Source of the DNA: the human T2T-CHM13v2.0 reference genome, Homo sapiens
Reading direction: 5' to 3' (one strand)
Length of the DNA: 64,000 bases
Assembly (NCBI RefSeq): GCF_009914755.1
Contig: NC_060927.1
Shown: piece by piece, positions 44,830-57,665 of the stretch
Layout: every line of letters begins with the position of its first letter
Position numbering within the stretch: the first letter of the stretch is position 1
The notes under the pieces: generated by a model
The model's database searches: none
What the model was told of the DNA's origin: nothing
The model's input: only the letters and a program-made list of their open reading frames with translations
Program-made: the position numbers and the translations under genes

Positions 44830-45170
44830 AATGCATTCTCTAATAACTGAGAATGATGACATGGTCTGATGTGTTTCAAAAGCATCATTCTGGCTCCTAT
44901 AGAGATTAGATTAGAAGAGAACAAGGGCAGAAGTGGAGAGATCATTTAGGATATAATTGCAGTAATCTTTAGGCAGGATTATGGTGACTCAGACCTGTGT
45001 GGAAGTGATATCATAGCAAGAACTGCTGATATTTTGGACATATTTTCAAGATAAAAGCCAGTAAGGTTTGCTGAACCAGAATTGGGGTGTGACAGAAGGC
45101 ACAGAGTAAAGGAGGACTCCATATAAATTTTTCCTAAGCAGTTGAAAGAATTGATTTGCTCTGAATGACT
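44830..45170 (-). mobile_element. L2 fragment
   Basis: AAAGCATCATTCTGGCT...GATATTTTGGACATATTTTCAAGATAAAAGCCAGTAAGGTTTGCTGA. Confidence 0.7.
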
Positions 45171-47429
45171 GGATGTTCTTTCTGAACTCTGCATCTGACT
45201 AACTCTCACTTATGACTGAAGATCTTTAATGCCTCTCTATTGTGTCCATTCCAGTTTCCCTAGTTGGCACCCAAGCACTCTCCCACCCATCATGACATCA
45301 CACTGGGCATTTGTCTACTTCTTTAGGGCTAGCCCTATACCTCCTTGAGCCTCTTCTTTTGTCACACATGCTGAAATATTTGAGAATCTATCAAAATGCT
45401 ATGCTGCCTTAGGTCTTAGCATATTTAGATTACCATTTTTTTGTGTTTGTAATTATCTTTGTCCAATCTCTCAAATAGGTAACCTCTGATAATATTTAGA
45501 GATTCTGTTGAGATGTTACCTCTTCTAAAATAATCTGAAACCGTCCCCTTGTGCTTAACCTTCCCAACCTTGGGGAGGCTCCCTTTGTCTTAGTTGCTCC
45601 TGTAATCCTATGCTTGCTTCATGGTATTGCAAGTGTCAAGCTACATGGTAGCCTCCTCACATGGCTTTGACTATCTTTGGGCATTATGGTGAGCAGAAGC
45701 CATATGATATTTGTCTCTATGTGATGTCAGCTGTTGACACTCAATATTCATTAATGGGATAAAAACTTATAGTGCTTTTACAAACATTTTTGCCTATGTT
45801 GTTCTAAATTTTGTTTGGAAACCTCAAAAAGTTTTGAAAAGTGGCTTGTAGCATGTAATAAAAGTAATTTTATTATTTCATGGGAAAAATAAAGGTAAAT
45901 AACTACACAGCATTCATTTGGCAACACATGTTGTTTGACAATTATAAAGGCAATTTCAATTTAGAAGAGAAAGAAAAACTCGTGTGCAGTTTTTGTTGAA
46001 GCTAAAATTTCAGATGTTTTTAGTAAATAAAAATCTGTAGACACATGTTCTACCACATTTTCCATTTTTTCCCCTAAATACTAATGGGACATTTTATTTT
46101 GGACAATTTATTGCATTGATGCTGCTTTTGCACCCATAGTTGAAGATAAATAGCCATAATCAATCCAAGTTTTCCCCTTAGGATAGCATATTTTAATGTT
46201 TTCCTTGGTATCAAATAATCCTATGAAACAATGGAGGATTGTATAGAAAGGCCAATAAAGACTGCTATGTATTCACTAAATAAAAGTGCAGTTCCATGAC
46301 TCAGAGAAAGAGTGGCTATTAATAGACTTCTTTAACAATGTTCACTAATGAGAAAAATATAAGATAAAATTTGTCAACCAGACCACAATCTAGGAGAGGC
46401 TACACAAAAATTATGTTTAATTTTCAAAATAAAAGGTCTGGACACCAGCTGGCTGTCTAGGAATACAGTCCAAGACTCAGGAGTTGGAAATATGTTAAAA
46501 TCCACCCCCTACAAAAGCTATCGATGTCAAAAATAGAGCAATTTTTAAATAAACTATATCTTAATAAAAAACCATGTTCCTGTATAATAAACATTAAGGC
46601 CAAATACGTTGCATCAATTTAATAAATATTAAGGCCAAATATCTAGAGTCTGTTCAATAGCTAGAGTCTGTTCTCTCATGAATGAGGGACACACACACAC
46701 ACATATGTATATATGTCTTTTATTTTCTTTATAGTTACAGGACTCCAGAAGAGAATCAATATATTAACATGCATTATACTATGTTCAAAATCAACTGGAA
46801 TTTCAACCGTTCTGATTTTGTAATAAAATTTTAAGTATCAGGGCTTGAGATAAACTTTAAGAGTTGGAAAGATATATTTTCATGTAAGCAAGATTAAGAA
46901 AAGGAGAACTCTTTGACATAAAATATATATTTGAAAACCTGAACATTTTGATGTTACATGTACAACTCAGAAAATGTATTGCTCTATTTCCAATATTTCC
47001 AGTTGAGGAAGTGGAGAACAATTTGGTAGCCCTGGCACCACTATAGATTCTTGGGCAACTCTGGGGTTAGGGAGCCTTGGTGGGAGATTGGGTGGGTATA
47101 AACATACATGAGACTTTGCTTGGGAGACATTCTTGCCTCTGCCCGCTCATTATATATACTAGGGCAGACACCTTACATCTAAAGTATCTTTGGGGCAGTA
47201 ATCTTGTTACTACCTGATCCAAAAGTGTAAAGCCATCTCCCTTTTGTACCCTTCTAATAATTTAATAAAATGTAGCACACTAGATTTCTTGACTAATGGG
47301 GAACTTGCAAAAAATTAAATACAGATTAAATTACTAACAGACAATCTCAATATTTGCATGTTTGGAATGAAATCTGGTGTATTAACTTGTTTAGAAGATG
47401 ATTTATGAAATACGTATGTACTTAGTTTT

Positions 47430-48290
47430 ACTTATTTATTTTAATTACACAATATATGAATATATCCCTATTAAAGAAAGGATTTCACAAGAATATATAA
47501 ATATATTTATATATTATTATAAATTTATTACACAAAGATTAATAATCAATTACATATTAATTAATTGAGATAAAGAGCCCCCACTGATTAGCACCCTCAA
47601 ATGCAGGCTCAGAACACAGGCAGTGTTGTATTTCTTACACACATATATAAATACATATATTTTACACTTTGTGTATCTTATATTACCAGTCTCAGTCCAT
47701 ATTATTATTCAAGTTTTGCTTTTTTTCCTCTTTCCACATGGTTAAAAAATTTTTCATCTCTGGTCATATAGACAGTAGCTTATGGTTTTTTGTTTGTTTT
47801 TTGCTTAACTCCTGTGCAATATTTTGTGCAATAGAACATCTATAGTTCATTCAAACATTCCACTATTAGTGGATGTTTAGATATTTAAGTTAATTTTTTC
47901 CTTCTTTCCTTTCTTCCCTTCTATTTCTTTTCCTCATTTCTTTTTTTTTCCTATTAATACAATGCTACCACAAACATGATGCTTCTGCAAATTAAACTGA
48001 GAGGGAACATTTCTGGATTGAAGGATATACTCATTTACATTTTCATAAATAATTTCTAATCATATTCTGCAAATATATATCAAATTATACCTCCTCCAAC
48101 AATGTATAAGAAATACTAATTCCTCCACAACCCTAACAGCATTTGATACTATTAAGATAATAACACTTGCTATTACTGGATAATGGATAAAATATGTACC
48201 TTATTGTTGTCTACATTTACTCTATATTGCCCTCATGAATAGTAAAGCTGAGTATCTTTTTATATGTTTATTGGCCTTTTATACTTCCTT
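47430..48290 (-). mobile_element. L1ME-type 3' fragment
   Basis: CATTCCCACTATTAGTGGATGTTTAG, CTCCAACAATGTATAAGA, GCTGAGTATCTTTTTATATGTTTATTGGCC. Confidence 0.65.
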
Positions 48291-49074
48291 GGCACTGTAT
48301 AAATATCAAATAAATAAATGATTAAATTACTGAATGAAACAATACATTTAGAGTGCTAGGGAAATGAAAGTCAATCACTAACATCCAGGAAAATGAAAAT
48401 GTTTCCCTGGCATTATGATTACAATCTTATTATGCCAAACACAGAAATTAAATAGAGCTACTTTATTTTTATTATGCACTGGGAGGTCATATATGATTCC
48501 TGGTTAACAACTGGACTACACTTAAATGAGTTTACCAGCCCACTAGGCATCAAAATTCATGCCAATTATATTTATTTTCTTTCTCTGTGTGTGGCATTTC
48601 TAGATTTGGCATCTGTAGTTTAGTTTGCATTCTACCACTATTTCCCATTTTTAGTTATGAAGCAGGCTTAGGGGTGATGTGTTTGTGTGTATCTATTTTC
48701 AACCTTTGAAAAAAAATTGTGTGAAAGTTCACATTTACCCCATTTTCTTTACCACCATTGCTCCCTCAATTTTCCCAGCTCCTTTTCTACTCTTGAGGAC
48801 TGTTTCCTCCTTTTCTTGTTTGTCTGTATCACCACAACATGCTTTCAGAGTCTTCATTTACACTAGGATTTAAAGCATTACCTCTCCTAATAGTACTTTA
48901 TTCTACCTGTGTCAGTAATCAAAATCTTAAGCTAAATGAGAGAAATTCCAAGAGGTAGAATTGCTGAAATCAGTTCATTAGAGGACGATAGTGTACTTCT
49001 GATCAGCAGGGACAGTCCTAAAGCTAATGCCTAAAACATTACATGGGCTGTTATCCAGTATCGAACTAATTGGA

Positions 49075-49220
49075 TTTGGTCATTTAATTGCCACAAACAT
49101 AGCTAACTTACTATGTGTGAGGCACTGTACTAAACTCCTAAAGTGCAGTTTTCAAATTTAATCCTCGTATCATCCTTATTCTCTTCAAGGCATTAGAAAA
49201 CTGAGGTTTAAGCACATGTA
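49075..49220 (-). mobile_element. MIR fragment
   Basis: CTTACTATGTGTGAGGCACTGTACTAAA...TTTAATCCTC...GAAAACTGAGGTTTA. Confidence 0.75.
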
Positions 49221-51425
49221 CAAAGAAAAATGTGTATGAAATTATGCATTTTATGACTAAGATAGAGCTACTTTTCAAACCTAACCTTTGTTGGTGCTAA
49301 TGTATAACTTAAGAACACTAAAAATGGTCATGAGGTCCAGAAAACATTGCAAATTCTCCTAAACATTAAACATGTCCCAACTTTAAGTAAACTTATATAA
49401 ATAATTGGAATAAAGGCTATTTCTAAATTATGCAAACCCTTTTCAAGCACACTTAGTTCGTTCTTGGGCATTATATTAAAAAAGGAACAAAAGCATAATA
49501 TAAGAACCAACAACACACTAAATTGAGAGGATCTTGATCTTGAAGGATTCAGCAGAGAAAAGGAAAGTGTCATAAAGCATGTGGCATATCTGATGTCAAA
49601 TTTATTCATATAAGGACATTGCTATAAAATGTAAATATCTTCAAAGGATTAACCCTTCAACATCATAAAAATATGCACATGTTCAAAGGGGGTGAAGCAT
49701 TTTCTAATCTGAACATCTTTAAAGGGGGAAATCAATAAATGGCATGAAAAACTTCAAAGCAAGACCTCCTGTCAATGACAGAAGTTCCTCAGCAATGCAG
49801 AGGCTTTGAAGGAGGACTCCCAGTGCTGGGAAACCTTTGAAGTGACTGAAAACAGACATTTATAATTATGGAAAGGTGCAGTGTCCAGCAGGGATAGTAC
49901 AAAGACACGTCTGAGGTAGGTACAGGCAGAGATTGGGAGGTGGCAGGGACACTGACCTTGCAGCCTCTCAACCCAAAAGCCTTTGGGGTCAACTCAGTAA
50001 TCATATGTAAAACGGCAAGTGTGGAGTGAGAACAGTGGCAAGCAGCTAGAAACCAAATTATTTTAGATCTCATATTTCAAAAAAGAAAAAATCCTCAGCG
50101 CCCCCAAAGCTGATCTTAATACATTCCGCCTGTGCAGGGTTATTGTGTAGCTGCCCGATTTATTAAGCTGTTACTAATACTCAGCTTTCTGCAAAAAGTG
50201 TTCTATAAGTGTAAAAACATCTCAGGATGAGCTTTTTCAGGTCCCTTAGTTCCCAGATCAATGGAACTGAAATATTTTTAAATGTAGTTATTATATAAAT
50301 CAGATGATGTACTAAAGGATGAAAAATGATTAAAATCTATAACTTAACTGCTGTTTAATTTAAATCAAAACGATTTTGAGCCAGTGATTTGGTATCTAAT
50401 TTCCAGAACTCAATTGAAGACCTTATTGCATGCCATAATATGTAGGACTAACACTCAATTAGGTATCAAAGGCAAACTAGATAAAGTCAAAAAAGGTCAG
50501 TTATAATGTTTATTCCTTAGACTTTCTGTCTTGTTTTGCCTGACACTCACAGGGGCTCAGTGAGCTAATGGCATCCTCTTGCTTCTTGGTGACGTTCATT
50601 ATGGAGCCTGATTTCCCCAAATGGTTCTTTCATCAGTCAAATATTTATTGATCATAAAAATGTTCTAGGGTCTATTCTGGGTACTTGTGGTACAGTACTG
50701 TACACAGAAACTCCCTGATCTTACAGAGATTACAGGCTGGGGAGGGACACAGGCATTGACCAATAATCAAACAGAAAAATGTAAATTATACTATGATAGG
50801 GGCTTTAAGTAAAAGGTACTTGAAGGAGTTGGTATGTTCTGAAGAAGCAGGTAGGCTTCCCTGAGAAAATGACAGTTGGACTGAAAGCTAAAGGATTAGT
50901 AGTCATTACCCAGGAGAGCCAGGGTATGGATGATTGCATCAGGAGCATTAGGAGAGTAGGTCGGGTAGAGGGAGCAGCAAGTACAAAAGTCATGTGATAG
51001 GACAAGATAAATAACACTTTTATGAAGAAGGAGAAGGGTTAGTTATGGAGGGGCCAGATGATGCAGACTTTTATGGAGCAGAGTTAGGGAGAGACCAGAT
51101 TATGCAGACCTTGTTAATGACTTTGATCCTAATCCCAAAGTCAATCAAAATCCTTTGAAAGATTTTAAGCATATGTCTGACAAAATGAGATCTGCATATT
51201 GAATGATCATTTTTGTTTGAGTGTGGAGAATGCATTGAGAGGAAAGAAAGGAACAAGAGTGTCGCAAGAGTGTCGGAGAGGAAACTAGTTAGGAGGCCAC
51301 TAGAATGATTAAGACAAGAGATGATGGTAGCTTGGACTAAGGTGGTGGCAGTAATAATGATGGAGACAAACGGGAATATTTGAAAGACATCTTTGGTGTA
51401 AAATTGATAAGACTCAATGTTGGAA

Positions 51426-51693
51426 TGAGAACACCTGGACACAGGGAGGGCAAGGACATACACTGAGGCCTGTCAGAGAGCAGGGGGAGGAAGAACATCA
51501 AGCTAAGCAGCTAATGCATGTGGGGCTTAATACCTAGGTGATGGGTTGATAGGTGCATCACACCACCATGGCACATGTTTACCTACGTAACAAACCTGCA
51601 TGTCCTGCACATGTAACCTGGAAATTAAAATTAAATTAAATTAAAAATAATAATAAAAAAATAAACATTCCATTCTGATACAGGAAAAAAAAG
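51426..51693 (+). mobile_element. L1PA (about PA13-like) 3' end with a short 3' transduction
   Basis: GGGGCTTAATACCTAGGTGATGGGTTGATAGGTGC...GTAACAAACCTGCA; TSD AATGTTGGAA at 51416-51425 and 51694-51703. Confidence 0.92.
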
Positions 51694-51890
51694 AATGTTG
51701 GAAATAATGGATAAGAGAGAGGGAAGGGTCAAGGATGATGTCCATATTTCTGCATGGTTGGTGGGCATATTCCCTGAGTAAGGAAATCCTGGAAAGGGAT
51801 CTGTTTTGGGAATAGAATAGTGAGTTTAATTTTGGTTATGTTGCATTTGAGACACAGATACTTTTGAATCATCCAAGTGTATATGTCAAG

Positions 51891-51974
51891 GATTTTGAAG
51901 GATGCATCAGAGAAAAGGAAAGTGGCACAAAGCACATGGCATACTGATGTCAAATATATTCATATAAGGACATT
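51891..51974 (+). repeat. Dispersed local duplicate of 49536-49620
   Basis: Hand alignment gives about 9 differences in 85 bp. Confidence 0.9.
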
Positions 51975-52539
51975 ATTATGTTCTTATATATACGTGATAC
52001 TGTGTAATTATATATTTACATTTTATAAAATATATTGCTTCATATAAAGACACTTGTGTATATGAATCTAAAGGAGAGATCTTGGGTAGAGGTAAAGACA
52101 TTTGAATCACTCATTTATAATGATCATTAAGAATAGATATAACTGCTTAGGCAGAAGTACTGAAAATGGGAAGAGGATTATAAAACATCCTTAAGTAAGA
52201 ACTTCAACATTAAAGGCTATGTAGTTGTATTGGATAAATTGTAGTGGTTTCTTTTTCAAGATGTCCATAGGTTGTATAGTTTAAAAATCAGTATGATATT
52301 TCATACATTAAAATGTGATATTCTAATTTATGTTTCAGGCCTTGAAGATGAAGAGAAAAATACACCAGCCTTTTAATTATTCCATGTATCATCATAAATA
52401 TATATTTTATTTATTATGGAATTCTACCTGTGTAATTAAATTTTCCACTGAGTTATAGGGGAGAAATTCATATATTTGTATCAGCTCTTAATTTTCACAA
52501 TGAATTATTGCAGCTGTCCACTTATCAGTTGGCCTTGCT

Positions 52540-52860
52540 TTAGTCTGGACTCTTACAGTTTGTCCTCTTCTCTTCTGTAAGAGATATTTTCCTAACATTT
52601 GAATCTGATAATGTCACTTTCCTCCACAAAATTCTCCATTGTTTCTTCATTGTCTCCCCAGGGAAAAAATCTAGAACTTTTGCTGGTTTCCATGTATTAT
52701 GGCTTACATGTTTTTCATGAGTTCTCCCTGACTCTTTTCCCACTTTTATCTCCAAATATTATTCTTTTCTCACTATGACTCTCTAGCAATGCTCAGCTGC
52801 TTGTGGTTCTAGAGCATAGCATATTCTAGAATCCTTCTGTGACTTTCCATGTGTACCTGA
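52540..52860 (+). mobile_element. L2 fragment
   Basis: AATCTGATAATGTCACTTTCCTCCACAAAATTCTCCATTGTTTC. Confidence 0.6.
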
Positions 52861-52884
52861 GTTGCCCTACACATAACAGTTCAA

Positions 52885-54320
52885 TACTCATTTATTCTAT
52901 AAATATGTAAGAAACTAACTATGGATGTGATAGGCACTTTTCTAGAAATTTGGGACCTGTGGATGAGCAAAGCGAAATTCTTGAAGTTTATATTCTAGTG
53001 AAGAAACAGGAGAAGCAGAAACCTTTTTTTAAATAGACATAATAAATAAATAAATTTTAGATTTTTATTGAGCATCTACTGTGGGCCAGACAGTTCTAGT
53101 GAAATAATTAGACAAAGCTCCCACAAATCCCTGCCTTCCTGGACCTTATATTTAATGGGGCAGGGGGACAGACACTAAGTAATTATATTACGTATTAGAA
53201 GGTGATGCACACTACAGAAAAAAAAAGCATGGTAAGTGGTATCAGAATTGTGTTATTGGGTATGGATTGCATTTTTTAAATATGATAATGATTGAGGTGA
53301 CATTTGAACAAAGACTTGAAGGGAGTGAGGGAGCTGGCAAAGGGGCCATTAGGGAAAGAGTATTCCATCCAGGAATTTATTCAGGGTAAGGCTGTACCAA
53401 ATGATCATTGAAGATCATGCCCAAAATATTAGAGGAACATCAAGTTTCCCAAGTTCAACAGAATAGTATGAAAAAAATAGTAGAACAGTAGAAAATAAGG
53501 TCAAAAGGGAAATTAATAGGCAGGTCATATGAATTCTTGTGGGCCTTATCATGGACTTTGTATTTTACTTATAAGGACTTTGTATTTTTACTTACTTATA
53601 AGGATTTTGTATTTTACTCAGTGTATATGGGGAATCACTGCGGTATTTTGATGAAGAAATAATCAGATTCACATTTTAAAAGGATCATTCTGGTTGCTGT
53701 ATTGCAAATATAATACGGAGAGGGAGCGTGAGAAGAAGCAGAGAAAAAAACTAAGTAGGATACTCCTTTAATAACACAGATGAAAGAATATGATAGTGCA
53801 AATGAGACTGTAGCAATATAAATAATGAGAAACAGTGGGATTTCAGAGTATATTCTAAAGGCAGAGCTGAAAGATGGAATGTGGGGTATGATAGAAAGAG
53901 AAGAGGCAACCGTGATCTCAGAGCTTCTGGTCTCCATTACCACATGTGGAAAGCTGCAAAAAGAGGGTTTGGGAAGGAAGACCAGATATTCCATTTCCAA
54001 TATATTAAATTTAAGATGTCTATTAGATACCCAAAAGGAGATATCAACTACAGGATTTTGAACATAAGTCTGGAATTAGAGGTGTGTTTGCACATTGTTG
54101 TGTTTGTACATTGTTGGAAAAGAAGATGAGCCTGAATAACCACATACATACGGAAGAAAAAAGCATTTAGAGCAGAGTCCTCGGCATTCCAGAGGAGGAA
54201 CCAACAAGTAAAACTGAGAAAGAACAATTGAAAAAGAGAGAGGAAAACCAGAAGAAGGTGTTTTACTGGAAGAAGGCAGTGAGGAAAGTCAATCAAAAGG
54301 CAAGGAATGATCAACGTGCC
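52885..54320 (-). mobile_element. L2 (two 3' termini, at about 52888 and 53062)
   Basis: TTTATTGAGCATCTACTGTGGGCCAG, GAGGTGACATTTGAACAAAGACTTGAAGG, AAGGATCATTCTGGTTGCTGT. Confidence 0.8.
53553..53618. repeat. About 22-bp tandem repeat, 3 copies
   Basis: GGACTTTGTATTTTACTTATAA units. Confidence 0.85.
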
Positions 54321-54777
54321 AAATACTTCATCTGATAAGCACCTGTCTCAACTCAAGTTTTGCCCTGGTGAAGCACCTCCTCCTCTTCAACACAGCACTG
54401 GGAATTCTGATGCTGACCTCTCGGTGCATTCACCTCTATCACAGGAGTTTCTTAGAAGGTAATCTGCAGATTCACAGAATCAAGCACTTTGATCTGTTCA
54501 CCTTTCATGTCCATCACCAGGTCCTGGTAGTTTTATCTAATAATTTTACATTTGAATTTATCTGTTTCTCTCTAACTCCCTGTTTCTACCTTAAACCAAA
54601 CCAAGCAATAGGCTCAAACCAGCTCCAGCTCCATCTCTCCCGTACACTACATCTGGATTGCTGTTTTCAAAATACAGCTTTCCTGATATCCCTGTGAATG
54701 TTTTAGGAAACTTTTAAAAATAAAAGCTTAACTCACAAACAGAAAATTGCATGTATTTACAGAAGTCTAAATTTTAC

Positions 54778-54874
54778 AACATTCTTCTTGAATTTTGATT
54801 GGAATTACATTGCCCTGTGCATTTTTAAATACTTAAACTCTTCAGATTATTAGTTCCAAAAGTGGAGAACTGAA
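54778..54874 (+). repeat. Dispersed local duplicate of 56196-56291
   Basis: Hand alignment gives about 8 substitutions and 3 indels. Confidence 0.88.
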
Positions 54875-56087
54875 TATACCCATGTAACCAGATCTAAAAC
54901 AACATTAATAGGTTAACAGCTTCCTCAGAAGACCTTCTGTGCCCCCTCACTATCCCACATCCCCACTATCAACTGCTATTCCCATAGATTTTTCATGTTT
55001 TGAACTTATGTATATGAAGTTACACACTGCACACTTTTTAAATTCAACATGTTTGGGAGATTAATCTTTGTTTTCTGTGTAATTGTAGTTTTTGGCATTC
55101 TTACTGAGGTACAGTTTTACAGTGAACGGCTATACCACAATTTGTTTATCCATTATACTATATTGATGGGTCATTTCTACTTTGCTGATATTAAAAATAC
55201 TGCTTTTATAAAAATTCTGGAACATATTTTTTGGTCATCAGGTGTTTGCATTTTTATTGGGTATATACCTAGGAGTAGGATAATAGCAATTTAAGAGTTT
55301 CGGTTGCTCCATATCGTCAGTCAACATGATATTTTTTCCTTTTCATTTTGACTCTATTCTACTGGGTGTATAGTGATGTCACATAATAATTTTAATTTGC
55401 ATTTCACTGATAGCTAAGAAACTTGAGTACCTTCTCTTTCATATGTTTACTATGCAATTGGACATCAACTTTTGTGAAGTGCCTGTAAAAGCCTCCTGCT
55501 CATTTTTCTAAAGAGTTGTTTACTCTTTGCTATTCATTTGAGGGAGCTCTTAAACTATTGGATACAACTGGATAGAAGTCGTGTGTCAAATGCATGTATT
55601 GTAAATCCCTTCTGCCACTATATAGTTTGCCTTTCCATTCTCTTAATGGTGTGTTTTGATGAACAGAATCTCTTAATTTTAATAAAGGAATTATTTTCTC
55701 CTATAGTCAGCATTCTTTGTGTTTTATTTAAGAGATCTTTGTGTACACCAAATTCGTTAAGATATTTTTTCTGTTTTCACCTCAAATTTATTGTTTTATC
55801 TTTTATCTTAGTATATACAGTCCATCTATAATTGATTTATTTTGCCTGGAATGAGGTAAACATTCTCCCAACATGTACATCTAATTAACCCAGCACAACT
55901 TACTGGAAAGAACATATTTTTGCTGCCATATTTGTGTCAACTTTGTCATAAATTATATGACCACCTAGTGTGGGTCTCTCTTCTGCTCTATTTGTCTATT
56001 CTTGCCCCTCTACCACAGTGGCTTAATTACTATTGCTTTTAATAAGTCTTCATTTCTTGAAGTGTAAACAGTCCAGCCTTGTTTATT

Positions 56088-56113
56088 TGTGTGTGTGTGT
56101 GTGTGTGTGTGTG
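56088..56113. repeat. (TG)13 microsatellite
   Basis: Read directly from the sequence. Confidence 0.95.
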
Positions 56114-56292
56114 ATTTCTTTTTATGTTTGCCTTGGCTGTTATTTGTCCTCTGAATTTTACGTATATTTTAGATTCAGTGTATCAATGTATAAAGAACAT
56201 TCTTCCTGGATTTTGACTGGAATTGCATTGCTATGTGCATTTTTAAAGTCTTAAACAAACTCTTCAGTTCCAAAAGTGGAGAGCTACTGAAC

Positions 56293-56479
56293 CAGTGGTT
56301 CTCAAACTTTAACACATATCAGGATTGTGTAAAAGACTTGTTAAAACATAGATATACAAGTTACTGGGCTCCACCCCCAGTATTTCTGATTCAGTAGGTC
56401 TGGGCTGGAGCCAAAGAATTTGTATTTCCTGCAGTGCCGAAATAACAGTGATGGTACTTGAATACTTTTAGAAACATTG
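56293..56479. mobile_element. MER5A (hAT-Charlie MITE)
   Basis: CAGTGGTTCTCAAACTT...GGGCTCCACCCCCAG...TTCTGATTCAGTAGGTCTGGG...TTTAGAAACATTG. Confidence 0.88.
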
Positions 56480-57519
56480 CTGTAAGCTGCAGGTCATAGA
56501 CCATAGCTTCACAAACTCTTGTATTTCCTGCTATTTATCAAATCAAGTCATGGTAAGCTGATATTCCCAAAAGCTGATGAGTATCATAAAAGCCTATATT
56601 GCAGTTCTTATAAGCACATAAGCTGCATGGGCTATAGAACACATAAGTAGTAATCATGTTCTGACGAGTATAATACAGTGGCCAAACTTGATTTCATTTA
56701 CACTGAGGGAAAATAAAATTGTGGATAAAGAATGAGTTCTTCCATGGAAAAATATAAAACTCTTTGCTGACTCCAAGAGCATTATTTATTCTCTTCCCTT
56801 GAGTTGAATTAGTCTTTCTATGAGCATTTATTATTTTAAAAATCTGTAACCAGACTAATGGTATTTCAGTCCTTATGCATTCTTCTGCATTAATATCATT
56901 CCAATGTAGTAACTCATACAGTGGACTTCTCACATACTGTATATAATATATACATATTATATATTATATACATTCAGATTAGTCCTTTTTGTAATAAAAA
57001 TATAATATCATCTCTTGGAAACTTTGCTATTTGCTTTCTTGCTTATGCCTTTATATATTTATATTTATAAATCTGGCAGAAGAATGCAAAATGAAAAAAG
57101 ACCCACTCCTGTTTTCAGACTTACAGTTTGTCCCAAACACTCAGTATTTTCTTCCTAGTGTCCTTTAATGCACCATTCCAAATATACCTATGCTATTAAT
57201 AATTAACACTGCATACAGGAGAAAAAGTGTTCTGAATGACATACAGCAGCAAATCAAACCTCAGTGCTTGCTCCTAAGATGAGCGTCATGGGTGCAGAAT
57301 CATTAATGCCCTTGAAAAAGTAAAAATCAGAATGATTTCACAATCATATTTCACAGGCCAGTTCCCTGGCACTGTAAGTCATTTCTCAGCAGAATGAGGG
57401 TGGAGATACTTCTCTCTATGTGGGAAAAATGAAAGTGCCATTTCTGACATGTTTCTAAAAATTTTCTTCAAATCTCCGACTTGGCCAAGTCTGTAACCTG
57501 GAATGTCATTTAAACTTAT

Positions 57520-57665
57520 AAATCTCTTAGTGCACCACATTCATTTGATACTTAATCTCAGAGAGTGTAAGTGACTTCTGCAAAGTCATGATACTACATG
57601 GTCATAGACCTGAGCCAGGGACCCAATCTGACTCCCAGCACATTTATCTTACCACTCCATGGTGC
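57520..57665 (-). mobile_element. MIR fragment
   Basis: CTCAGAGAGTGTAAGTGACTTCTGCAAAGTCA...TCTGACTCC. Confidence 0.65.

Larger units (their letters stand above)
50630..52220 (-). mobile_element. L2a, interrupted by an L1PA fragment and a templated insertion
   Basis: TCATCAGTCAAATATTTATTGA terminus; GAGATGATGGTAGCTTGGACTAAGGTGGTGGCAG; GTCAAGGATGATGTCC. Confidence 0.8.
54715..56233 (-). mobile_element. Old L1M (MD/ME-type) 3' fragment
   Basis: GGGTATATACCTAGGAGTAGG, TTTAATTTGCATTTCACTGAT, TTTTGATGAACAGAA, GGATTTTGACTGGAATTGCATTG. Confidence 0.82.

Noticed and set aside
50095-50112. CTCF-like CAGCGCCCCC, and AGCGCCCTCTAGAAGG at about 37604
   Set aside because: Only half of the motif matches and the key upstream CC positions are mismatched; not supportable without ChIP data.
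56574-56680. CTGATGAGTAT / CTGACGAGTAT pair resembling hammerhead cores
   Set aside because: No GAAA after a stem II and no closing helices.
57190-57450. Enhancer-looking unique stretches here and at about 10300-10900 and 16200-16330
   Set aside because: An impression of conserved non-coding sequence only; it cannot be supported without alignments.
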